A DNA stretch of 64,000 bases from Haplodiscus bocki (lineage: Eukaryota): positions 12,834,001-12,898,000 of the forward strand of contig OZ296648.1 of assembly GCA_965655095.1 (NCBI GenBank), read 5' to 3'. The notes below the pieces were generated by a model. That model ran no database searches. It saw nothing but the letters and a program-made list of their open reading frames with translations, and had not been told where the DNA came from. Each line of letters opens with the position of its first letter. The first letter of the stretch is position 1. Made by a program: the position numbers and the translations under genes. Positions 11,505 to 22,900 of the stretch are shown one piece after another.

Positions 11505-12399
11505 AAAACCTGACAGTCACACCGAAGAACGCCAACATCACCACTCTTGGATATGGACATTGAGGGCGAAACAGGTTTTCACAACAGAGACAGAAAAAAA
11601 GATTACTCACAAACATCGGATGTCGCAGAGCAATGAGAACATCATGGACGCAGTAACTACGCCGCCTAATCGAATACAAGTCATGAATAGGAGCCACAAA
11701 CTTCTGCACATCCAAGTACCTACGTTCAAGGGGAACAAAAGTCGGTTCAATGAAATTGAACACTTGCTTCGCAAACACCTGCGATCATATAAATATCGAC
11801 TCAGAGAAGAGACGAAACTGCAATTATTTCAGACTTTACTGAGTAAAGAGGCGATAGAACTTTTCAGTCGCCAACGATATCAACGGAGACGACGTTAACC
11901 GATGTGGTGGCCAAATTCAGAATGGAGTTCACCAAAGACGATGTAAAAGATGTCGCAATATACAATTGGTGTCTGGCAAAATATGATCCAACAGTGGAAA
12001 CCTTCCCAGATTTTCTGAAACGTGTGAAAGTCAAAGCCAAATAAACTTTCCAGGATATTGCTGTAAAATCCACCCAGGCTGTCCTATTCCGGTACCTGCC
12101 CACCAACAATCAACAGGACCTCATTAAAAATGATAACGAAGATGTTATCCCGGACGGAATATAGACGTTTTTACACCAGAGACAGAAAAAATCCAATTTG
12201 CCCCAGAAACAATGCCACAGCCGTTTTAATAAGCAATAAGGAACCAAACAAACGCCCCAAGACAAGCCCTGCAACAGCAATCCAATTTAAATCGACAAAA
12301 CAGACGAATTGACGGTAACTGTTTTTATTGCGATAAAACTGAACATCAAGAAACCGAATGCCGTCAGAAATCTTGAGACAATGGAAACAACACGTCTAA

Positions 12400-12423
12400 A
12401 CACACACACACACACACAAACAC

Positions 12424-12470
<47 letters not shown>

Positions 12471-12486
12471 GAGATAGAGAGAGAGA
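12400..12486 (+). repeat. (CA)n/(GA)n microsatellite between the two gag zinc knuckles
   Basis: Direct observation. Confidence 0.98.
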
Positions 12487-13199
12487 AAGGGCAAACCAGT
12501 AAACCAACAAGAGACAGGACAACCTTACAACAGGAATTAAGTGTGCCAAATTTGCAGTAACGCCGGACACTCGGTGAAATACTGTCGCCAACGCCAGGTA
12601 ATCCAACGCCTTACAGACAGATCTCTTATGACCGTCAATCAGCATGAGTCAACAAGAACCAGAGACGAGAAGTCAAAGGTCTCATGAAGGAAGCCCCGAA
12701 AATACATCAGATTACCGCAGAAGACGGACAAAATGAACAATACGAATACGACTGCAAAAGCAACCACGATTGAAACTGAGACTGCCATGTTCCTGATCGC
12801 AGGCATGGCAAATGCGGAAACGACTCGATGAACCACTGAGCAACGGACGATCCAAAACAGCAGAACAGAGGCAAGGCATCACAGAAGAAGGCAGACTCTA
12901 ACGATGAAGAAATACAAAGGCACAAGATAATGCCGACAGCAAGAACAGGACTTCCACAGACTTACAGAGAAGATTTTAAAAAGCCAGCATTCCGCAACAG
13001 GTTCACAATCCTGGCCGACAAGATGACTGAGGAACACATCGGCTTACATCAAGCGGACACGCTCGATGGCAATCGACCACCAAATACACACAGACGGCTC
13101 CAGATGACTGCACGAATAAGAATGTCACAGATCGGCTTACATCCGGTCCAGGACATTAGTAGCAAAACAAACTTTCAAACTTCTTCATGTACTAGTAAA

Positions 13200-16100
13200 A
13201 ATTAAGAACCAGTTAATGTCTAACTTGATCCCACATTACAGTTAGATGAAAAACATAGGATGTCGTACGCAACCCTACACTTTAAAAACTACAAACACGA
13301 CGCACTACTGGACAACGGAGCAGTCCAGAGTGCCATTTCCGGAAACGAACTCAGGAAAAAACCAATAGCAAGCCCAGCTGCTTTTTTGAAAGAACTCCCC
13401 GCCCCTGAATTTTAGATTGAAAGGGCAAACGGAAATTTAGTAACAGTAGAGTATCAAGTAATCCGAACGTTCTTCATAGCAATCCGCTTATTTGAAAAAA
13501 TTTTGTTTTTTGCCAACCATGGGAACACTTTTAAAAGGAATGTCATTTTTCGATGAACACGCTGTAACACTTGACGCCAAAAACGATTTAGTTCATATGC
13601 CTGACATAACCATGCAAGCACGGAAAAAAATCAAACAACAAGTATTTGAAAAGAACTACTGACGACACAAAAGACAGTGATACAACTGTTCAAACAACTG
13701 ATTGTACCCGTCCCAGGTGTGGCTACCAACGCTCCTAAGAACGGCGCCGTGGAATCAACACCTGCATTTCATTGGAAAAAAGAACTCCTGGTTTCGACGA
13801 CACTAATCACCTTGACAGAAGTTAAAACAATAATACCAGTAGCAAAACCTCACAACCATACCTACCCACTTGACAGTTTTGTAGCAGTTGCCAATTTCAA
13901 GGTGATGAACCCAAGTCAGGCACGGAACACGAAACCAGTGCCACACGCGCAAGTGCTACTAATGAACAACCATCCAGAGGAGTGTGAACACAACCTCAAC
14001 CAAATATTACACGAACATACGGAAAAGGACGTGCAACACTAGTACCCAACGCCAGAGACGTGCGATGATCCAACAAAACTGAACAATGTCGACGGACCCA
14101 TCTATAATGAGATCATCACGCTCCGAGGCAAAGAACAGCTGAACTCAACAAAATCCAATGCACAGAGAAGAGATTTTTTGTCAAAGTTCAAACGGAAAGA
14201 GTCATTACTCAGTGAGAACCGCCAGAGTGGAGCACTTTTTAGGAAAGTATCCTTCAGTTTTTGCTAGGCATCGCTTAAACATTGGCATTAACACGAAGCT
14301 TGAGGTTACGTTTACAACATGGCAGGATAAACCGGTTTACTTACGAAGTCTTCCAACCCCGAAAATTTTGAAGGACGATTTGTTGGTTGAACTTGCATTG
14401 ATGGAAAAAGACAGGATTCTAAGCAGTCTTCCTTTCAGCAAGTTTTCGTCGCCGATTTTTGGTCAACGCAAACCGAAGGCTAAACTAAGGATTCAGCTTG
14501 AACCACATCGAATTAACCTTCGGATAAAACACGAATACGGAGAACATAACCACTGGGTAACAAACATTCTGGACGCAGCGCAACACATAGCCGGCATGAA
14601 GTTTTTCTGTAAACTAGACTGTTCTCAAGCGTACCACTGCATACAGATGGCAAATGAGCAGTCAGTACAGTTGCTCTCCTTTAATTTTGGTTCAAGAAAT
14701 TTGGCATACAAACGTTTAGCTCAAGAATTGAATACGTCTTTGTCAGCGTTTACTACTGCTATTAAGGAATACTTGGAGTCTGTATTAAAAGCAGACCGAC
14801 GCGCGAAGTACGTAGATGACACTCGTGTTGCTGCCCACACCGCAACAAATCTCACCGAAATCCTTGACCACGTGCTTCAACAAATTAACAGAGCAAGGTT
14901 AAAAAGGTTTGCAGGATTTGTAGACATTTACAGACAGTGTACAGTCCTAAACTTCCAGACAATTCAGTTCCATTAAACTTAGTGTTAGGAAAAGTTATTT
15001 GTTTTGGACTGAGGGAACAACATAGTGACACGATTTTTGAAATTAACGAATGTCTTTTGAAAGAATCTAATTTCTCACTCAAGTTGCCCCTGCTGGAGAA
15101 ACAAAAAGTAATCCTGCGTGATGCAAACAAACATGCCTCTTATGTCCTTTTCATTGGAAATTACACAGACGAAGGAACAGGAGGACCCAGCAAGTTCGCC
15201 CTGGTAGCCTTTAGTTCGAAACGGTTCTCCACAGGGCAAATGCCGTTAACAATGTTAGCGAAAGAGTTTTTTGCCATGCATCCAGCTTTTGTTCATTGTG
15301 GACACATGTGGCGGGGAACCAGAAAACCTATCATAGTAATGACCGACAACGAAGCGTTAACTATGTTTTTTTCGGCCAAACACGTTCCCCGTCGCTTGGG
15401 CCATTTTGTGATTGAATAATACAATAAAAGTTTGTGTTTCAAGTAGAGATTGACATCACCTCAAAGACACCTGAGCAAGAGGAAGACGAGATGAACTACT
15501 ACTTTCACGACGAGGTTGATGAAAACATTCCAAAACATCGGTCGAGCACACTGGACGACGAACCATCAGGCCGCGAAAAGCAGGAGCACCCTGCACCGAC
15601 AGAATGACAGAAAACGATGTCCACCAAATGACCACGTACAATGACGATGGACATTCAACAACATCGGTTGATGGCCAAATCATTTTTGTCAGATTGTTAC
15701 ACTCCATTTGATTGTCACCCCGAGCATTGAAGAGCTTTAGTGCATCTAATTCAGTTGATTTACAAGACATACAAGACCACTTTGGGAACTTAAAAAAACA
15801 AAAGCAATCCCTTCAGAACCCATAGCGCCGCTGACACATGTAAACTTCGAAAGCCGGTTTTTCAACGCTCGATAAGAACAAGAAAAAAACGATTAGAAGT
15901 TATCAAAAGTATTTTCTGCCGAAAGTGTTTTGACGACACGGGTAAAGTCTTTTACCAACAAGCAGAAGTGTCAGAAGAATGTATGGAAGATAAGACCCGG
16001 GCAATGCATGAACACACCATGCAGGGACACTGGGGGTCAAGAAAGATGCTTTACAGCCTTAACAACGCTACTACTGTCCTAGCTTAGCTGAAAAGTTCCA

Positions 16101-17595
16101 GGAATTTTTACACAATTGTCAAGTTTGCGTAAAATCGAAAGCCATCGCTAAACAGCTGTTGAAATCCTGGTTCAGAAGATCTACGACCCGATCATTGGAC
16201 CTGAAGACCTGTTGGAAATTAACTGAGTCGCGCTTCTTCCTTCCCATGGGTGCACGCACAATCTCACACCATTCAACGTGTTCTCAAGGCACCTGTTCAA
16301 GATCGCCTTGAGATGACCCGACGCACCATCCGTCGTGAAACGTCTAATGTCGATCTTCACGCAACGCACTTACGTCCAAAACACCATCCTAACGGAAAAA
16401 GGCACAGTTTTCACTGCTGAGGTAGGGCAACGAACGGTGGAGCAAGCCGGAAATAAAATCAAACATGCAACCATTAAACATGCACAAACAATAGGCATGA
16501 TGACTCGTAATGGTCAAAAACACAAAACGATTCTTGAAGTTAACAAAAGTGTAAACCAGCCGCAGTGGGACCAAAATGGAAACATTGCAGTCATGGCCCA
16601 CAGCACAAGCTACCACGCTTCCCTGAAGTGCTCGCCCACAGAGATTTTTTATGGTAGCATATACCACAATGCTCTGGATCTCAACTTCGGCAATCCGATT
16701 GGCGCCAATAGCTAACCCAAAGACATCCCAAAGCTGCTAGATGAGATCAACGAGGAAAACAACAAAAATATGCACAACATAGTCGCCGCGTACCACAAGT
16801 ACAAAAGGAACTATGAAATGATGGAAACCAGTGCCCAACCCCTGGAACTCAATGACTTTGTATATTTGCTGAATCCAAAAAATGACGAACAAAGTTCGAA
16901 GCAGCAGTTTACATCCTTCCACTGGCAGGGACCCTAAAAGTTCACGAAACTACTATACAATGATAATTACATCGTTGGCCAAAATGGGACACACAAACCC
17001 AACGCGTACATAGGATGCAACTTCGACCTTTTTTAACTCACACCGAAATCAATGACATCCAAGTGAACCAAACGGAACTGTATCTTGACGCAGACACCAC
17101 CGAAAACAGTAATATTTTTGATGAGACTTTACCACCCCTACCAGACAACGAAAGTGACAAGGAACTCGAGGCAGAAACAGACAAGATCAACTCCGGAAAC
17201 GATACGCCGACATTTTCCGTGGTTATGGCCTAGAGGTTGTCGCCCCCAGAGCAGCAATCGAACGTTACACCCCCCTTGGTAGACGAAAACAGACATTGTC
17301 ACGATGTCGACACCCACCGATGGAAATCGATGGACCATCGAAGGAACGAGTGTCCTACGTTCTAGTACCATCAACACATGTAACAAACCCAAAAGATAGC
17401 TCTGCTCACTCACTTGTCAATAACACATGTAATAAACTAGCCGGCCTCGCAAATCAACGAAAACCAAGCCCCCAGACAGAAACCGACAGACCAACGAAAA
17501 AATCAGCAAGCCGATACAAATTGCGAACAAACCCTACACCAACACGCTATCCAGACCGCCTGATACACCAAATTACAGTCCTAAAGCACAGTTAA
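13200..17595 (+). pseudogene. pol: pol: aspartic protease, reverse transcriptase, RNase H, integrase (multiple stops and frameshifts)
   Basis: ALLDNGA (~13305, DTG-like), KLDCSQAYH and YVDD (14158-14976), DAN...E...TDNEAL RNase H (14937-15419), H-x5-GH...CQVC integrase zinc finger (~16010-16130), and the integrase core with HASLKCSPTEIF. Confidence 0.92.
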
Positions 17596-19999
17596 GAACT
17601 GTCAAATAACGCGTCCAAGCCACAGAAACAACAGGCAACGGATCACGGCACATATCGTAAATCATCCGTTTGCATCAGAAGCCCTCGGAATCCCGGAACA
17701 ACGCTGTCAGAGGCACATCGGATAACATCTGTACCAATGCAGCAACTCATCTGTCAGCAATTATAATGGGCAGCCACGCATCGGACAACAACCGTTTTCC
17801 CACTACTTCATGTAGGCAAAGTAGTTTAGTTAGTAAGCTTGGAACTAAGTACAAAAATATTGTAGAACCACTATTGCCAGCACCACTAAACAGAAGGACA
17901 CTGCCGACCCGAAGAAAAAAGTGTCCTTCTTTTTCCAAACCTAACAAATGCAGATGCATCGGCTTACATCGACCAAGAGCTGCAAATACTTTTACGTCTC
18001 AACTGAAAACAAGACTTCCCTCGAAATTTACAAAGAAACTAAAATACATTCATTCAGTAAGGTAGACGCCCAACAAGTTGAGCACTGCAAATGAAATCAG
18101 GTAGAACCTAAAACGAAAACCTAAGAAGAACACAAAAATGGATTTTATTTCCAAGAAGAACCTAGAATATTCAGTACTACTGGATCAAAGCTTTATTTTA
18201 GAAACTGAAAGTCTAAGTTTAACGACATGCGTCCTTATACTTTCCTATATCCTTTTACTTCCTGATCTACTTGTTTCCTTAGTTACTCACCACCATTGCT
18301 AACCCCTCGGAAAAACAAGTTCAGGAGCACCAAAAAGCAAATTGAGCCTGCTGTCGAAAACGCAACGTCTTGATCTCTTTCTGTTTTTTTCCAGGAACTG
18401 TTTATTTGCTTAGCTGGAACTATTTACCTCTAACTACAGTCTCTTCAGATTTTTTGCTTCGTTTTTTCGATTTTATCTTTTTCTGTTTCTTTTCTGTTCC
18501 TTTTTCTTGTCCACTGGAATCCGAGTCCAATTTTACCATGGAATAAAACTACTGGTGGACGCAGCCAGCTGTACATTGAAAAAAATATTTTAATATGCAT
18601 CTGACTATTGTTTTATACGAACAAAAACAAGCTAGAGTACATCAATCAAAACAATGCAAAGAAATCAATCAGAAAAAAACAAGAAAAAGCAAATTGCAAC
18701 TGTCCAAATGCCAAGCTCATGGTCTAAACGCCAACACTTGGAGATTAGAACTGTTCAGATTGCGACACCACTGAACCACCACAACTTTCAATACGCAAAG
18801 CACAAGGATACCAGATCATAACTAGCGAACCAGTTCTGCCGCAACATGTTCAAAACTCCACCTGTAAACGAGCAAAAAAACATGGCACAATATTTCGGAC
18901 CTGCAAACTCCTTTCCCCGACTCTACTGACTCAGTTCAAACTGAGACATCGGAAAACATCCGTTTTTCTCCAACCACCATCCGAACCCGCGCCAACCTGT
19001 TCAGCAACATTTTTCATTTATCTCTCACAGGAGTACATTTACCATTAGGAGGTAGCTACCCGTGATAACTAAAACTAACGTAACGTAGTCCTACGACGAA
19101 AAGCGGGCAACATTAGAACCTCAACTAAAAGGTACATGTAAAAAAACCAACGATGTAATTGTGAAAAAGCTTGAATTCAAACTTACAAGGCAATATTCAC
19201 GCAAGAAGAACCCAACAAAGCAATAGCTGAAGAAAGACAATAGCGATTACAAAATCACACGCGAATGTCAACTCATGGACGCCCCAAAAGGAGGCCACCG
19301 CCCAAGTCAACGGTTTTTAACCGTTGACTAGTTTTAGCGACTGATGACGTACCCACCACTCCCAAAGTGCTGAACCCTACCAAATTGTAAACAAGACCAT
19401 GCAAAGTTCGCCCCAATCGCAATTCGTAAAAACTCGGAATTGTTAACAACACTCAAAAATGTTTTTTTTCCAATGTTGGTTTTCCTTTTAGCGCAACACG
19501 GCAAGACCGTAGGCTAGATACGCTTGAAAGGTACAGTTCTCATGATATTTAAACATTTTACTAGACAAGCATCAGTCTGCACGGCTTTCTCGAAACAATC
19601 ACGGACTCACTGACGATAGGGAGGCCCACATCAGGAATCTGTCGACACCGAGCACACAAGTCCCTCTACTAACCCCATCGATTCATCCACGGACTCACAC
19701 TGGGGCTCCTACATGAGATTCAAGGCAACACTCTCTCCGACGACGGGCAAAACAGACGTTGCACACGACCCAGCTACAGCAGCACCAGCAGTTGACCCCA
19801 CTGGGCAAAACAAAGACGGCGACAAACGCTCAACTGTACTCGGAGCCAGAAGCACAGCGCCCCTATGTATGCCGAAGACAGGTACCTCGCCCTATTCAAC
19901 GTTACTGCCACCATCTCCAACCGCTTGATGAGAAGGACCAAGAGTGTTCAACAGTGTTCAGCATTTGTGTATAGTGTGGTCGACCGTCTTCCTTACGAG

Positions 20000-22900
20000 T
20001 GCACGCCAAATTAGTGTTCTTTTTTTTAAGTGCAAGTGCCGCGTAAGATTAAGTACCGTTATCCGGAAGATTGGCTAAAGGGGAATGACATTTGGGATGA
20101 GCGCGGAAACTCTGAGGTCCCCACTCATCGATTGCATAGCTTGTGGGTAAGCACTTTCTGTTAGTTTTCGGTTTCTGGCGATGATAGAGGTTAGGGCGCT
20201 ACGGTAGTGCGGATGAGGGTGCAATCACATTACTGTTTGTGCACCATGCTTGGTTGACTTCAGCGGGAAAAAATGAATTAACTGAGTATATCGACGGAGG
20301 CCTTCAGGCTATCCATGAGAAGTAGTCTGCAAAAAACGTTGCTTCAGTATCAAATGCAGGTTTTGTCATTGGATTCTAAGTCCATCGGTGAGGGCTCTGG
20401 GTGAGAGTTGTAGTCAGTGCTGGAGGTGGTTCCCCCTGGTTGCCTTCCGTCACGGAGGCCAGAAGCAGAGGTTGCGGATGCGAGTTCTGCTGTGGGGGAC
20501 TCCCTGTAAGTGTGGATGTCCAATTCGTTGGGTTCAGAGGAGCCAAGAAAATTAGCACAACATTCAACATATCACATTTTTTCTACACCTCGTAAATAAC
20601 TAAACAGACTATGATATAAAAAGTTTAACCTTAACTTGAATCGTGTCTTAGTGAGGCGGTGGTCGGCGTGTGATGTGCTTTGGCGTTTAACAGTTTTCTT
20701 TGTGCGTGTTCTGTATCTGAAAACCTCCAGGAGGAAATCGCATGTATTGAAACCTTAACTTTTCACTCACGGCGTCGTGAGCTGCTTTGAGCGGTTTGTG
20801 AGACTTGGGAGAGTCACGGATTCTCTTCCAGATGTCTGCTGTGCCAGATGGACCTGGCCGTTGCAATGACGGGTCTAACAGCCGTTCACGATCATTGGCG
20901 AAGAGTAAGTTGTCGGTCTCGAGACATACCGTACAATCTGCAGAAAGAGTGGGCATTGTACACTCGGGCGTGCAAAGAGGCGTCTGCGGCTGAGGGTGCC
21001 TGTTTGTCAGTGCCAGCTGAGTTGTTCTCAGCTGTCAGTCTGGAACCCGTATTTGCTGTGAGCCAGGACGAAGTGATGGTCAAAGAGACTCTTAAGAAGA
21101 CAGGCAGTGGCAACGGAGTGGTTAAACAGACGACAGGAGGTTGTCTGTGGGTGTTTTTTCATAAACAGTTTTGTTGCTTTTCGAGACTTTTTTTAGTAAT
21201 GGCTGCTGTCAAGAAAACTTAAGTTCGACGTTTATGGCGGAGTTGCAGCTCCAGCACTCACTGACGGACAACTCACTGAGTCCGACGTCAGTTGGTTCTG
21301 CTTACCTTTCTTTTGGTTCGGTTGCTCGATGAGCCTATTTGAAGCTCGCATGCGCGCTTTCTGTTATGAAACAGACATTTACAAAAAGTAAAGGAAAAAA
21401 TGTTTTGTTTGAGGAGGGTGGTGGAAAAAGAAAGTAGTTGTCTAGTCGTGAAGCTTGTTTCAAAAGGTGTACACACGGTGCTTTGCACAGTTGAAAAAGG
21501 AACTGCACTAAAGGTTACGAAGAATGTGTATAGAATGATGGAGAGTTTGTGGAAAAAGAAAACGGAAAAAAGGAAAAGAGAAGGGCTGTTAAAAAACAAT
21601 GAATTTTGTGAAAGTGGTTTGGGTTAACTGTGATTTTTTCATGGAATGATTTGTGCCGTTGTTTAGAGTGTCGTCATGTATGGTTTGCTACCGTTCCTAA
21701 TTCAAGAGGTTGTGTCACGTCTGTCTGTCTGACTGTCTTCCATTTCCTCTGCATGTTTGTCGGGACGGAGAGTACTTCGTGGACTAGATCAGTTTTCGGC
21801 CTATTGTTTTGGGAGCAGCGCTGATGAGTGCATGGGGAAACGATTTCTAGCGAGTGGCGGCTTGGTTCGATGCAAGTTTCAGTAGCGAACCTTTATTCTT
21901 CTCAGTTGTAGTTGCGGAAGAAAAACGGCGTATGGAGTTTTTGAGATTTTGTGCAGGGGATCTCCCGTAGTCTTGCAAAAAGATGACTGTACAGCTGTCT
22001 TGAATGCTATATTGCAGGCCAGGCAGAAAATTTTCATCGGATTGGAGCTTGGCATTGTGTTGAGCCATCTCCAGTGGCGGTTGAAGGAAGGTTGCCATAA
22101 GTCTTTCATGGAAAACTTGCTGAGATTGAGAGCTATAGGTAGCATAGGTGGTGGGCTGTTACAGAATGAAGAGAAGAAGAGCATTGAGGTGAACCATGGG
22201 TAGCTTCAATGAGAATTTATTGCCGTGACAATTGTTGTTTGATGCGCAGAGTACCAGGAAGCCACAGACGCCTGTACAGAGCGTGAGTGGCTTGTACCGG
22301 ATGTTGGCGAACAACTGGGAGGATGTGGCGGTCCCGCTGGGTGAGAGTGGGACAAGGCAGGCTGTTTGTTTTGAAACGGTTGCTGGATGGGAATAGGAAG
22401 TTGTCCAGGACCGAACACTTGGTGCTGGCTTCCCATTGACGACCTGCGTTCTGAATGCTGGCTACATGACGTCATCTGTCGCCTTGTACAACCGTGGTAA
22501 TTGTGAGTGAAGATTGTGTCGAACGAAACGGTGAAGTCGAGTAACAACTTTAAACAAGTGTACGTGAAAAAAAAGAAAGAAGAAAAGGAATTTTGAAGAA
22601 ACTAGAGATTTTAACTGGGGTAAGTAGTATGGGCCATGACTCCAAGTGTGATATGATAACTGGCGTTAATGTTTCAGTGGAATCTGATTGTTCCATGCTT
22701 TGGCGTCTCAGCAGTAGCACTGTTATGTCTTTAAGACGGAGAGCTGGTAGCATTAGTGAGACACTTGCTACTGGATGTCTGTAGCCTTGATTTGGCGCCA
22801 GGCACGTAGAATTTGCAAATGTTGCTGCAACAGTTGGAGTTTGGCGCATGGAGGAGCTGCCGTTGCATCTTGTTGCGTATAGTGCAGTGATGGAGCAGTA

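Larger units (their letters stand above)
11110..12790 (+). pseudogene. gag: gag (frameshifted) with two CCHC zinc knuckles
   Basis: QVPTFKGNKSRFNEIEHLL capsid-like segment; CFYCDK.EHQETEC (~12320) and CQICSNAGHSVKYC (~12545). Confidence 0.8.
9370..20000 (+). mobile_element. Decayed Ty3/Gypsy LTR retrotransposon (element G1); 3' LTR not seen
   Basis: LTR, PBS, gag, then PR-RT-RH-IN in Gypsy order. The 3' boundary is approximate. Confidence 0.9.

Noticed and set aside
12309-12645. ORFs with THTHTH / VCVCVC tracts
   Set aside because: Translation of a (CA)n microsatellite.
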